This document shows, in pieces, positions 17,843 through 27,845 of a stretch of DNA of 64,000 bases. Positions within the stretch are counted from its first letter, which is position 1. Each line of letters opens with the position of its first letter. This stretch comes from Gemmatimonadales bacterium. Lineage in GTDB: Bacteria; Gemmatimonadota; Gemmatimonadetes; Gemmatimonadales; Gemmatimonadaceae. The position numbers were made by a program, and so were the translations under genes. Under the pieces are notes generated by a model, which saw only the letters and a list, made by a program, of their open reading frames with translations, had not been told where the DNA came from and did no database searches. The stretch spans positions 24,911-88,910 of the forward strand of contig JBBQXC010000002.1 in NCBI GenBank assembly GCA_038210005.1. The letters are read 5' to 3'.

Positions 17843-20575
17843 GTGCACGCTACCTCCCACGAGTCCCGCACCGCCGGCCGGATCCCGCTTCGGGTGTGCG
17901 TGGTGTCCCACACCCATTGGGACCGAGAGTGGTACCACAGTGCGGCCCGGTTCCGTCAACGGCTGGTGGCACTTCTCGATGCCGTGCTCGAGCGCAGGAA
18001 TGTCAGCGAGACATTCCTCCTCGACGGGCAGGCGATCACGCTGCTGGACTATCTGGCGGTGCGTCCCGAACGGGAAGAAGAGCTGAGCTCGCGGTTAGGC
18101 GCGGGCGCGCTCGAGGCCGGTCCGTGGTTCGTGCTCGCCGACAACCTCATCCCATCGGGCGAAGCAATCCTGCGCAATCTCGAAGCCGGGCATCGCGTGC
18201 TGCGCCGCATGGGAGCGGCACCTCCGCCGGTCATCTATTGTCCCGATATGTTCGGGCATCCGGCCGCGCTGCCGGCGGTTGCGGCTGGCTACGGCTTTCC
18301 CGTGGCTATCGTCTGGCGCGGTGCCGGCGGTGCGTCCCATCCCGCCTCCGACGCCTTTCGCTGGGCGGCGGCCGATGGATCGTCCGTCGTGGTGTACCAT
18401 CTGCCTCCAGACGGCTACGAGTACGGCAGCGCGTTGCCGGTGACGCCCGACGCTGCAGACGCCTGCTGGTTGCGGATGCAGGCCGTGTTGGCGGCGCGAA
18501 ATCGCACGGGGGTCGTATTGCTGCTGAACGGTGCCGACCACCACGCGCTCCAGCCCGATGTCATTGCTGCGGTGAGCGCACTCCGCGACGCGGCCGCAGC
18601 GGATGCCATCGTGCAGCGGTGCTCGCTGACGACATTTGTCGACCTGTTCGAGACAGCCAGTCGTGCCATGGAGCTGCCCGTTGTACACGGCGAATTGCGC
18701 GACTCCTACGGGTACACGTGGACACTCGGGGGAACGCTCGGCACGCGCGCGCACCAGAAGCGCCGCAACGCCATGCTGGAGCGTGTGTTGCTGCGCGATG
18801 TGGAACCGTGGCTCGTGCTCGCGTGGTTGCATCGTGCCGCGACTCGGTCGCGTTCGACGGCACCGAATGGCACACTCACGCTCTCGCAGTTGCCCGCGCT
18901 GCTGAACAGCGCATGGCAGGACCTGCTGGAAACGCATCCACACGACACGCTCTGCGGTTGTTCCGTCGACGAGGTCGCCCGCGCCATGGACGCGCGTCAG
19001 GAGAGCGTGCAGTCGCAGGCGCGCGGACTGCGCGAGGCTGCGCTCCAGCTTGCCCTCCAGCACGATATCGCCGCCGCGCGAGCGCGAACCATCGATCCAA
19101 GCACTGATCACGCCATCGTGGTGCGCAATCGCGCGGCCAGCGCTCGTGGTGGCGTAGCCGAGCTTCGCGTGCTCGAGACGCTGGCCGATGTGGACGTTGG
19201 CCCGGGCGGTGCCGATGCGCGGCCGGTGACTGTGAGCGGACGGGTTCACCCGCCGCTCGTACCGGCTTGCCTACCGGGCATGGTGCTTCAGCCGCTTGAT
19301 GACCGGGTCGTGCATTGGCGGCGCGAGTCTCCGCAGCATTACCCCGACGACGACCTCGTACGCGTGCACCGGATGCTGGCGTGGATTCCCGAGGTCCCCG
19401 CGTACGGACTCCGCGTGTTCGGCACGGCACGTGGCGATGACCGCGATCACGCCCAGATCCTCGCGCCGCCAGCGGTGCGCGTCGTCGAGTCCGCGTCGGA
19501 CATCGTGCTCGCCAACGACCGCGTGCGCGTCATGATCTGCGACGGTCAGGTCGCCATCGAGCAGCACACGCATCGCCTCGACGACGTACTGCGGCTCGAG
19601 AGCACAACCGATCTCGGCGACAGCTATACGCCGTCGCTGCGCGGGGCTCCCGAACCATTGGCGTGCGTCGAGACGCTGGTTCTGCACCGCGGTCCGCTCA
19701 GAGTTGCTGTTCGTCTCTGCTGGGAGTCCGCCGCGCGCGACATTCGCGTGCACACCACGCTCACGCTCGACGCGGCGGACGACGTGTTGCGGTGCGACGT
19801 ACGTGGCGTGAATCGCCGCCGCGATCACCGACTGCAGCTCACCTGGCGCACCGGATTCACCGACCCGGGTACGGTAGCCGATGCGGCGTTCGGTCCCGTC
19901 GAACGCCGCGTCGCGATTGCGGCCGCGAGCGCGCGCGAGACGGTCGTACCTACCATGCCGATGCATCGCTGGGCCACGCAAGCGCAGCACGGTCGATGCG
20001 TCACGCTGTTCGCCGATGGTCTCGCCGAGGCCGAGTCCACGCCCGGCGCGCTCTCGCTCACGCTGCTGCGTGCCATCGGCGAGCTTTCGCGCGCCGGTCT
20101 TCCCGAACGTCCGGGACACGCCGGTTGGCCCGCGCCCACGCCCGCGGCGCAAAGTCTCGGTCGTTTCAGGGCCCGCGTTGGACTGATGCTGCACGTCGAC
20201 GGACCAGAACGAGCGCAGACCGTCAGTCGCGCGGCCGACTCGCTGCTGCTTCCACTGTGCGGAGAATCCTGGCGCGATCTCGATGTGGCGAATGCGCCTA
20301 CGCTCATGGCGGGGCCCGAACTGCACGGGCCTGGCCTCGAGGCCTCGGCCGTCACACTGGCGCAGCGTTCCGACGGGATTATGCTGCGGGCGGTGAACCT
20401 CACGTCCGAGCCGGTGCCGGGACACTGGCTGCTGCCCCACGACGGTCCGTGGCTCGTCACCCATTGTCGGCTCGACGAAACGCCGATCGATTCACCTGTA
20501 GTGCGCGATGCTCGCATTCCGTTCACCGCCGGGCCACGGGAGATCATGACGCTGCACGTCGCCGCGGTCACCTGA
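17843..20575 (+). CDS. Glycoside hydrolase family 38 alpha-mannosidase-like protein, cytoplasmic
   Basis: 910 aa. The N-terminus carries the GH38 motif VVSHTHWDREWY and GH38-like downstream conservation. No signal peptide. GTG start. Confidence 0.75.
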   Translation: MHATSHESRTAGRIPLRVCVVSHTHWDREWYHSAARFRQRLVALLDAVLERRNVSETFLLDGQAITLLDYLAVRPEREEELSSRLGAGALEAGPWFVLADNLIPSGEAILRNLEAGHRVLRRMGAAPPPVIYCPDMFGHPAALPAVAAGYGFPVAIVWRGAGGASHPASDAFRWAAADGSSVVVYHLPPDGYEYGSALPVTPDAADACWLRMQAVLAARNRTGVVLLLNGADHHALQPDVIAAVSALRDAAAADAIVQRCSLTTFVDLFETASRAMELPVVHGELRDSYGYTWTLGGTLGTRAHQKRRNAMLERVLLRDVEPWLVLAWLHRAATRSRSTAPNGTLTLSQLPALLNSAWQDLLETHPHDTLCGCSVDEVARAMDARQESVQSQARGLREAALQLALQHDIAAARARTIDPSTDHAIVVRNRAASARGGVAELRVLETLADVDVGPGGADARPVTVSGRVHPPLVPACLPGMVLQPLDDRVVHWRRESPQHYPDDDLVRVHRMLAWIPEVPAYGLRVFGTARGDDRDHAQILAPPAVRVVESASDIVLANDRVRVMICDGQVAIEQHTHRLDDVLRLESTTDLGDSYTPSLRGAPEPLACVETLVLHRGPLRVAVRLCWESAARDIRVHTTLTLDAADDVLRCDVRGVNRRRDHRLQLTWRTGFTDPGTVADAAFGPVERRVAIAAASARETVVPTMPMHRWATQAQHGRCVTLFADGLAEAESTPGALSLTLLRAIGELSRAGLPERPGHAGWPAPTPAAQSLGRFRARVGLMLHVDGPERAQTVSRAADSLLLPLCGESWRDLDVANAPTLMAGPELHGPGLEASAVTLAQRSDGIMLRAVNLTSEPVPGHWLLPHDGPWLVTHCRLDETPIDSPVVRDARIPFTAGPREIMTLHVAAVT

Positions 20576-20602
20576 ACCACCCGCGGTATTGCGGTGACGC
20601 GC

Positions 20603-21505
20603 CTATCGAATGTCGCGTTGCGTGCGTCGGTCGCCCAGCGCATCACCCACCACGGTGCACGCCACCACGGTGATCACCAGCGCGACACCCGGTAGCAGCG
20701 CAATCCAGGGAGCGACCAACAGCCACTCGCGGCCGCCGGCGATCATGTTGCCCCAACTCGAGGCGGGCGGCTGAATGCCGAGGCCCAGAAACGACAGGCC
20801 GCTCTCCAGCAGAATGGCGTTGCCGACGCCAAGGGTAATCGCCACCGTCGCGCTGCCCAACGCATTCGGCAACACATGACGCCGCAGTACGCGCCACGAC
20901 GGCACGCCCAACGCGTTCGCTCCCTCTACGAACGCCAGCGCGCGCACGCCCTGCACGTCAGCGCGCACGAGGCGCATCACCGACATCCATCCCGTGAGGC
21001 CGAGTACGGTGACCACGACGCCGAGCCCGGGCTCCCAGAGCGACGCGATCACGAGAAGCAACACCAGCCGGGGGATCGCCAGCAGCGCGTCGCCAAGCGC
21101 TATGATCGCACGATCGATCGCGCCGCCGCGCCAGCCCGCGATCGCACCCAGCAGAATGCCCAAGGCGCCGCTGAGCGCCGATCCGGCAACGCCCACCCCC
21201 AGCGAAATGCGCGCGCCCGTCCACAGGCGCACAAAGAGATCGCGGCCAAAGGCATCCGTGCCCAACAGATGCCACAGGCCGCGTCCGTCGCGCGACAAGG
21301 GAGGGACCAATCGGGTGGCGAGCACATCTCCGATGTCCCGCGCACCGTCCGGCGCCAACGCCGGCACCACAATCGCCGCGACTGTCATCGCGACCAGAAC
21401 GCCCGCCGCCCAGCGCGGTGCACGTTCGCTCAGTGCACCGGAGCGCGCCGCCGACGCGGAGCTCGCCGCCGACGCGGAGCTCGCCGTCACGATGTGCGCC
21501 GTCAT
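20603..21505 (-). CDS. ABC transporter permease, DppC/OppC family
   Basis: 300 aa with six TM helices and an EAA-like loop. The C-terminal LSFLGLGIQPP is typical of DppC. Confidence 0.85.
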   Translation of the reverse strand: MTAHIVTASSASAASSASAARSGALSERAPRWAAGVLVAMTVAAIVVPALAPDGARDIGDVLATRLVPPLSRDGRGLWHLLGTDAFGRDLFVRLWTGARISLGVGVAGSALSGALGILLGAIAGWRGGAIDRAIIALGDALLAIPRLVLLLVIASLWEPGLGVVVTVLGLTGWMSVMRLVRADVQGVRALAFVEGANALGVPSWRVLRRHVLPNALGSATVAITLGVGNAILLESGLSFLGLGIQPPASSWGNMIAGGREWLLVAPWIALLPGVALVITVVACTVVGDALGDRRTQRDIR

Positions 21506-22500
21506 GATGTCCGCCGACGGGGATCGAGCCGCAGCAGGACCACGTCGGCCAGCAAGTTGGCGGTGACCACCGCGCCGGCGTACACCAACGTCAGTCCGAG
21601 CACCACCGGATAGTCACGTGCAGCGATCGCCGAGAGCATCGTGCGCCCGAGACCGGGCCAGGCGAACACCTGCTCGACGAACACCGAGCCGGCTATCACG
21701 CCGGGCAACGTCAGGCCGAACAGGACCACCAGCGGGGTGAGTGCATTCCGCAGCACGTGCGCACGTTCAACCTGGCCGCGTGATAGACCGCGTGCGTACG
21801 CCGCTGGTACATGCGGCGCCTCGGCGGCGTCCAGCAGCGATCGGCGCGCGAAGCGTGCTACACCGGCAGCGCCGGGCAAGGACAGCACCAGCAGCGGCAA
21901 GATGGCGTGACGCCATCGATCCGCCCAGCCGATCGATGCAGGGTCGGCGGCCGGGTCCTGCATCCCGAACGCAGGGAGTCGTAGCGATTCCGGCAAACCG
22001 AGCCACACCACGCCCGACGTGAACAGGGTCACCATCGCGAGCGCCAGCCAGAAGCTGGGCGCGGCATAGATCGCCGTCGTCACGGCCGTGATCACGCGGT
22101 CCGCCCGGCGCGACGCGCGCAGTGCCTGCATCATCCCGAGCATCGTGCCGATCAGGAAGCTTGCCAGCAACGACACGCCGCCGAGAAACAGGGACACTGG
22201 CAGGGCGTCCGCGATCACGCGCGTCACGGGTTCGGCACGCACGAGACTCTCGCCTAGATCCCCGCGCAGCACTCCACCGATCCAGTGCGCATATTGCAAC
22301 GGCAGCGGGGCATCGAGCCCCAATGTGGTCCGCTGTCGGGCCGCCTCCTCGGCGGACGCCGTCGGGGATATCAGCAACGCCGCCGGATCACCCGGCGCCA
22401 GATGGATCAGCGCGAAGGTAATGGTGGTGACGAGCCAGAGCAGCAGGAGCGCGTCGAGCACGCGCGACGAGAGACGATGCACGTGAGGATGATGCCTCAT
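21502..22500 (-). CDS. ABC transporter permease, DppB/OppB family
   Basis: 332 aa. The N-terminus aligns to DppB (LLLLWLVTTITFALIHLAPGDP). Its stop overlaps the dppC-like start. The start is either the ATG at 22500 or the GTG at 22482. Confidence 0.85.
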   Translation of the reverse strand: MRHHPHVHRLSSRVLDALLLLWLVTTITFALIHLAPGDPAALLISPTASAEEAARQRTTLGLDAPLPLQYAHWIGGVLRGDLGESLVRAEPVTRVIADALPVSLFLGGVSLLASFLIGTMLGMMQALRASRRADRVITAVTTAIYAAPSFWLALAMVTLFTSGVVWLGLPESLRLPAFGMQDPAADPASIGWADRWRHAILPLLVLSLPGAAGVARFARRSLLDAAEAPHVPAAYARGLSRGQVERAHVLRNALTPLVVLFGLTLPGVIAGSVFVEQVFAWPGLGRTMLSAIAARDYPVVLGLTLVYAGAVVTANLLADVVLLRLDPRRRTS

Positions 22501-24108
22501 GGCGCGACAACGTCAACCCGCGCGCGACGGTGGATTGCGTCCGGGTTGGCCGCCGCCTTCGCGGGTATCTCGATGGCGAGTCTCAATGCATGTGGGCGAC
22601 CCGATCGACCGGCGGGCACGATCGTCATGGCCTCCGGAGCCGACCTCGAGTCAGGCAATCCGCTGGTCACGGTGCATCCGCTTTCGCGGCAGCTGCAACG
22701 GCACGCCCTGTTCGTCACGCTCGTGAAACTCGACAGCACACTGCAGCCGGAGCCGTACTTGGCGCGCTCGTGGCAATGGGATCCGACACGTCGGGCGGTC
22801 ACGTTCACACTGTTCGTGGGTCTGAAGTGGCACGACGGGGCACCGACGACGGCGACAGACGTCGCCTTCACCATCGCCGCGGCGCGAGACACGATACTCG
22901 GCTCACCGCGGGCCGGAGATGTCGCGGTCATGGACAGCGTTGTCGCGCTCGATGACAGCACCGTGCGCGTCGTCTTCCACGAGCCGCGCACCGCGCTGCC
23001 GACCGTGCTCGCCGAACTGCCCCTCGTGCCGCAGCATCTCCTCGACAGCGTCCCGCGTGCCCGTTGGCGCGCGCACCCGTTCTCGACGGCACCGGTCGGC
23101 AACGGGCCGTTTCGATTCGTCTCGCGCACGGCGGGCCGACAGTGGCGATTCGCGCGTAACGCCGACTTCCCCGTCATGCTCGGCGGGCCTCCCAACGCGC
23201 AGCAGATCGTCGTCGCGGTCGTCGACGAGGCCGCCACGAAGTTTGCCGGGTTGGTGAGTGGGGAACTCGACGTCGCTGGTGTGTCGCCCACCATGGCGCA
23301 TCTCGTGGAAAGGGACCCGTCGCTCATGTTGATGACGCCACCCGCGCTCTTTTCGACGGTGCTCGCGTTCAACACGACACGCGCCCCGTTCGACGATGCT
23401 CGCGTACGTCGAGCGCTGAGTGTGTCGATCGATCGCGAGCGCCTCGTACGCGCCGCCGTGGCGGGTTACGCCACGCCGGCCGGTGGCGCCATTCCACCGG
23501 GGTTGCCGTTCTCTACTGCCGACGCCCCGCAGCACGACGCACGGCAAGCTGACTCGTTGCTCGACGCTGCGGGTTGGACGCGCACCCGCACGGGAGGAGG
23601 TCGATCGCGCCGCGGTACACCGCTCGAAGTCAGCCTCTTGACCGTCGGCGGCGGCGACCTGGCCGTGGAGCAACTCGTGCAGGCCGACCTCGCGGCGCGT
23701 GGTGTCGCGCTCACGGTGCGCGTGATGGAGCTCTCCACCTTTCTCGCAACCGTGCGCGCGCCGACAAAGCAGTTCGATGTCGTGCTCACCGGCATCCCGG
23801 GTGACATCGCCCTCGGTCACCTCTCGGCGCTCTTCGCGTCCGCGCAACGTGGCGGTGCGCTCGACTACACCGGTTTCCACACGGCGTCGCTCGATGGTCG
23901 GCTCGCCGCCGCCCGCGGTGCCTCCCCGGAAGCAGCAGCCGGCTCATGGAGCGCCGTTGCGGATGAACTCGAGGAACGCATGCCGGTAGTCTGGCTCTTT
24001 CACGCGCGAGGTGTGCAGGGACGCTCGCGCAAACTGGACGGTGTGCACATGGATCTGCGTGGAGAACTCGTCTCCATCGCTCGTTGGACTCGTAAGGATA
24101 CGCCGTGA
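22477..24108 (+). CDS. ABC transporter substrate-binding lipoprotein, family 5 (peptide/nickel/oligosaccharide type)
   Basis: SBP_bac_5-like conservation along the whole length. Lipoprotein signal with lipobox LNAC. The start is uncertain: ATGs at 22477, 22489 and 22492 all overlap the divergent permease start. The longer track ORF from 22285 is not credible. Confidence 0.75.
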   Translation: MHVRMMPHGATTSTRARRWIASGLAAAFAGISMASLNACGRPDRPAGTIVMASGADLESGNPLVTVHPLSRQLQRHALFVTLVKLDSTLQPEPYLARSWQWDPTRRAVTFTLFVGLKWHDGAPTTATDVAFTIAAARDTILGSPRAGDVAVMDSVVALDDSTVRVVFHEPRTALPTVLAELPLVPQHLLDSVPRARWRAHPFSTAPVGNGPFRFVSRTAGRQWRFARNADFPVMLGGPPNAQQIVVAVVDEAATKFAGLVSGELDVAGVSPTMAHLVERDPSLMLMTPPALFSTVLAFNTTRAPFDDARVRRALSVSIDRERLVRAAVAGYATPAGGAIPPGLPFSTADAPQHDARQADSLLDAAGWTRTRTGGGRSRRGTPLEVSLLTVGGGDLAVEQLVQADLAARGVALTVRVMELSTFLATVRAPTKQFDVVLTGIPGDIALGHLSALFASAQRGGALDYTGFHTASLDGRLAAARGASPEAAAGSWSAVADELEERMPVVWLFHARGVQGRSRKLDGVHMDLRGELVSIARWTRKDTP

Positions 24109-26948
24109 AGCGCCTCCGTCTGCTGCCGCTCGATCTCGACGCACGCCGACTCGAGACGGCCGAGGGCTCATCGCTCGCGCCCACTATACTGGGACTCGCC
24201 GCTGAACTGGAGCCGCTCTTGCTGCGCGAGCTGCCAATCCCTCGGCAAAAGGCGCGTCTCACACGCGCCGGCGGACGCTGTCCGGTACACGGCGTGCTGC
24301 TCGAGTTCGATCCGTGGTCGCCGCAGGTTCACCGCTGCCAGCGCTGCGCGCGCGCGTACACAAGTGTGGAGCACGACGACTGGTGGGCGATGGGTGCGCA
24401 GCTGTACACGGCCGAACGCGCCGTGCACGCTGCCACCTTGTACGCGCTACGTGGCGACCCTACACACGCTGCACTCGCCGTGCGCATTCTCTCGGAGTTC
24501 GCCGATCGCTACCGCCAGTGGCCCAATCGCGACAACGTGCTCGGACCCGCACGGCCGTTCTTCAGTACGTATCTCGAGTCCATTTGGCTGCTCAACCTCT
24601 GTCACGCGCTCGATCTGCTCGACGCGTCCATGGCGCCAGGCGCCGATCACATGGGGGCGCGCCTGCGCGGGCAACTCATCGCGCCCAGTGCGGCGCTGAT
24701 CGCGTCGTATCATGAGGGTACGTCCAACCGGCAGGTGTGGAACGAAGTCGCTGTGCTATCGGCCTACCGTGTCCTGGACGATCAGCACGCGTTCCAGCGT
24801 CGACTCGACGCCGACCAAGGGTTGCTCAGTCTCCTGGAGCAGGGATTGCTGACCGACGGCACGTGGTACGAAGGCGAGAACTATCACCTCTTCGCGCACC
24901 GCGGACTCTGGTACGGCGTGCAGCTGCTCGCTGCTGCTGGCCTGTCACTTCCGGCCGCCCTCAGCGATCGCTTCGCGGCGGGTTTCGTCACGCCATTTCT
25001 CGGACTGCTTCCTGACGAGATCATCCCGGCACGGCGCGATTCGCAGTATGCGGTATCGATTCGTCAGTGGCGGTTCGCCGAGTGGTGCGAACTTGGGCTT
25101 GCACATCGCGCCCACCCTCGACTGGCGGGGCTCTTGTCTCGTCTCTACGACGGATCGCTCACGCATCACTCGCATGCGCGGGCCCGCTCCACCGCCGATG
25201 CCGAGCGGAACGAAGCCCCGTCGGCGCTGTCGCGTGCGGACCTCTCGTGGCGATCGCTGCTCATGGCGTCGGCCCGGCCTGTTCCCGCCGCGAGCTGGGC
25301 CCCCGACAGCGTACTGCTGGCGTCGCAGGGATTGGCGGTGCTGCGGCGCGAACACGGGCACGTGTATGTCGCGCTCGAAGGCGGCCATTCAGGCAGCGGT
25401 CACGGGCACCCGGATCGCCTCGCGCTGACGCTGCAGACCGGTCCCGAGCGGTGGTTGCAGGATCCCGGCACCGGGAGCTACGTCGAACGCACGCTGCACT
25501 GGTATCGCAGCACGCTCGCGCATCATGCCCCGCTCGTCAACGGCGGTTCACAACCGCCTGCCACCGCCACGCTCGTGGCGTTCGAAGATCGTGGGGGCAT
25601 GGGCTGGGTTCAGAAGCGCGCATCGATCGGGCAGGGCATACGCGCCACGCGCACGCTCGTGGTGTGCGAGGGCTATGCCATCGACCTGCTGGAATGGAGC
25701 CGCGATCCGTCCGTCGCTGCGTCTGTAACGTCGGAGTCTGACGAGATCACGATCACGTTGCCCATCTGTGGTGACGCGCTCCGCACCACGCCCTCCGACT
25801 TCGCACCCACCTTGCGACCGGGCGCCGGCGCCCTCGAAGACGGCTTCGACTTTTTGCATCACGTGGAGTCGGTCCCGATCGATGGTACGGTGGTCATCGA
25901 CGCGCTCGCCGTCACCGCCGACAGCGCGCCAGTCCATCGCGCCAACGCGCAACTCGTGCTCGCCGCCAACGTGCCGGCCACACTGCTTCGCGCACGCGCC
26001 CCCGGTGCTCCCGGGTGTAGCGAAACGGTCAGGCACGCCGTCGAGTTACATGGGCGCACCGGTCGTCTGGTGTCGGTCTGGCATTGGCAGCCGTCCGAAG
26101 AGCTGCCGGGGGTTCAGCGCGTGCTGCTCGACGCCTTCGGCGGAGCGACACCCAGCAGCGAGGCACCAGTAGCGCGCATAACCACGGCTGACGGGACCAC
26201 CGCCGTGCACGGGCCGGCGGCGCATGGATGGCACATCGAGTTGTTGGCCCGCCACGCGCGCAGCAGTGTCGACCTTGAAGGACTCGTCGCCGTGGTCGAC
26301 GCCGACCACATCAGCGAGGTCGTCGCAACGGCTTTGCCCCTGTCGCTCCCGCTGCAGATCACCCTTGGCGAGGCGCACTATCTGCGTACTGAGCAGTCGT
26401 GGCGCGAAGCCGATAGGCCGACCGCCACGGTCCACGTCGCCGTCGTCGGGGGGCGTGTCGTCGTCGAGGTCGTGGCCACGACCGGCGTCGTCGTGCCGGC
26501 CGATGGCCTGGATAACTCGCTCGACAATGAGCGGGCAGAGGTGAATGCCGATGGTGTGCAATGGTACTGGGGCGCCACAGACGGTCGGTGGCGGCAGGCC
26601 GCGCTCTGCACACCGTCCGACAGCGCAGTCCTGATGACGAGATTGGTGCCGGGCGACTGGCCGCTTCCGGAAGCCGCGTGGGAAGCGCTCGCCGAAGACC
26701 GCGGCTGGCGCGTGCGCTTCGAGTGGAAGCTGGCCGATCTTCCCTTGGCATCTGACGGCACCGTCACGTTCGACCTGGTGGTTAACGAGCGGCCTGTCAA
26801 CCGGATGCGCCGACGCGGGCAGCTGTTGCTCAGTGGTCCGCCAGCGGCGTACCCCTCAGCGGGTGCCTACGCCTATCTGCGCGGCGATCGGCACTCGACC
26901 GCGCACGCCGTGCGGCTTCGTCTCGGGCCTCAACGTCCCGGCCACTAA
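24105..26948 (+). CDS. Heparinase II/III-like polysaccharide lyase family protein with N- and C-terminal extensions, cytoplasmic
   Basis: 947 aa. The central region has heparinase II/III and alginate-lyase-like features, including the His-rich GHSGSGHGHPDRLALTL. An N-terminal Cys/His cluster reads CPVHG...HRCQRC. It has a C-terminal extension of about 300 aa. The GTG start overlaps the SBP stop (GTGA), with AAGGA upstream. Confidence 0.65.
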   Translation: MKRLRLLPLDLDARRLETAEGSSLAPTILGLAAELEPLLLRELPIPRQKARLTRAGGRCPVHGVLLEFDPWSPQVHRCQRCARAYTSVEHDDWWAMGAQLYTAERAVHAATLYALRGDPTHAALAVRILSEFADRYRQWPNRDNVLGPARPFFSTYLESIWLLNLCHALDLLDASMAPGADHMGARLRGQLIAPSAALIASYHEGTSNRQVWNEVAVLSAYRVLDDQHAFQRRLDADQGLLSLLEQGLLTDGTWYEGENYHLFAHRGLWYGVQLLAAAGLSLPAALSDRFAAGFVTPFLGLLPDEIIPARRDSQYAVSIRQWRFAEWCELGLAHRAHPRLAGLLSRLYDGSLTHHSHARARSTADAERNEAPSALSRADLSWRSLLMASARPVPAASWAPDSVLLASQGLAVLRREHGHVYVALEGGHSGSGHGHPDRLALTLQTGPERWLQDPGTGSYVERTLHWYRSTLAHHAPLVNGGSQPPATATLVAFEDRGGMGWVQKRASIGQGIRATRTLVVCEGYAIDLLEWSRDPSVAASVTSESDEITITLPICGDALRTTPSDFAPTLRPGAGALEDGFDFLHHVESVPIDGTVVIDALAVTADSAPVHRANAQLVLAANVPATLLRARAPGAPGCSETVRHAVELHGRTGRLVSVWHWQPSEELPGVQRVLLDAFGGATPSSEAPVARITTADGTTAVHGPAAHGWHIELLARHARSSVDLEGLVAVVDADHISEVVATALPLSLPLQITLGEAHYLRTEQSWREADRPTATVHVAVVGGRVVVEVVATTGVVVPADGLDNSLDNERAEVNADGVQWYWGATDGRWRQAALCTPSDSAVLMTRLVPGDWPLPEAAWEALAEDRGWRVRFEWKLADLPLASDGTVTFDLVVNERPVNRMRRRGQLLLSGPPAAYPSAGAYAYLRGDRHSTAHAVRLRLGPQRPGH

Positions 26949-26965
26949 GCCGCTATCTTCGTAAA

Positions 26966-26986
26966 CGCGAGACAGGGCGTCTCGCG
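26966..26986 (+). terminator. Short hairpin after the heparinase-like gene
   Basis: Stem cgcgagac / gtctcgcg (8 bp) with loop agggc, 18 nt after the stop. No U tract. Confidence 0.3.
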
Positions 26987-27035
26987 CGTCTCCGTCATCC
27001 CCGCGTCGGGGCGACGGTCCCCGAATTCCCGCCGG

Positions 27036-27845
27036 ATGTCCGAATCTGTAATGACCGCCGTCACGGTGGTCCTGTACGAATCGCAAGATCCTATCAACAT
27101 CGGCGCTGTCGTGCGTGCGATGAAGAACATGGGCGCTGTTGACCTGCGTCTGATTCGTCCGTGTCCCTACGACCTCAATCGCATTGAGCAGATCGCGCAC
27201 GATACGCGCGATATTGTGGCGCGGATCCGTCACTTCGATACGATCGACGACGCCCTGGCCGACTGCCGCTACGTGGTGGCGTATTCGGGACGTCGCCGCG
27301 CCGCCAAGTGGGCGCGTCACACCCCGCGCACCGCCGCCGTCCATCTCCTCGCGCACGCGCAGCACGGTCGTGTCGCGATCATGTTTGGACGGGAAGATCA
27401 TGGCCTTCCCAACGACGCCCTCGATCGCGCGCACGCGGTCGCGACGATCCCGACCACCGAACACTTCTCGCTGAACGTGGCGCAGGCCTGTCTCTTGGCG
27501 CTGTACGAGTGCCATTTGCTGGCCGGCGACGCCACGAAGAAACTCGCCGGTCCGAAGCACGCGAAAGGCGCGCCCACGATGGAAGAGTTCGAGCTCACCT
27601 TCCGCGATGCTGAGAAGGCGCTCGAGGCGCTCGCGTATTTCAAAACGCGCAGTCCCGAGCTCATCATGCGCTCCATGCGCGGGCTCATGTTTCGCGCCGA
27701 ACCCGATGCCCGTGAGCTATTGCTCGTGCGCACGGCGAGCATCGAAGTGCTGCGCACGATCGAGCGCGAGTCGCGACTCGCGGTCGAGCGCGCGTTGGCC
27801 AATCGCGACGTCGCCCGCGAAGCCGCCGAGCGCGACGATCCGTGA
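27036..27845 (+). CDS. SpoU/TrmH-family RNA 2'-O-methyltransferase, TrmJ-like
   Basis: Carries the three SPOUT motifs (NIGAVVRAMKNMG, IMFGREDHGLPND, IPTTEHFSLNVAQACLLALYE) and a C-terminal extension of about 100 aa, as in TrmJ. Confidence 0.75.
   Translation: MSESVMTAVTVVLYESQDPINIGAVVRAMKNMGAVDLRLIRPCPYDLNRIEQIAHDTRDIVARIRHFDTIDDALADCRYVVAYSGRRRAAKWARHTPRTAAVHLLAHAQHGRVAIMFGREDHGLPNDALDRAHAVATIPTTEHFSLNVAQACLLALYECHLLAGDATKKLAGPKHAKGAPTMEEFELTFRDAEKALEALAYFKTRSPELIMRSMRGLMFRAEPDARELLLVRTASIEVLRTIERESRLAVERALANRDVAREAAERDDP

Noticed and set aside
18095-20464. Minus-strand ORFs of 384 and 397 aa inside the GH38 gene
   Set aside because: They are antisense shadow ORFs. The GH38 gene has the HTHWDREW motif and family length.
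22285-22476. Upstream extension of the SBP ORF (start at 22285)
   Set aside because: It would overlap the divergent permease gene by more than 200 nt and encodes an Arg/Gln-rich non-signal N-terminus. The real start is near 22477-22492.
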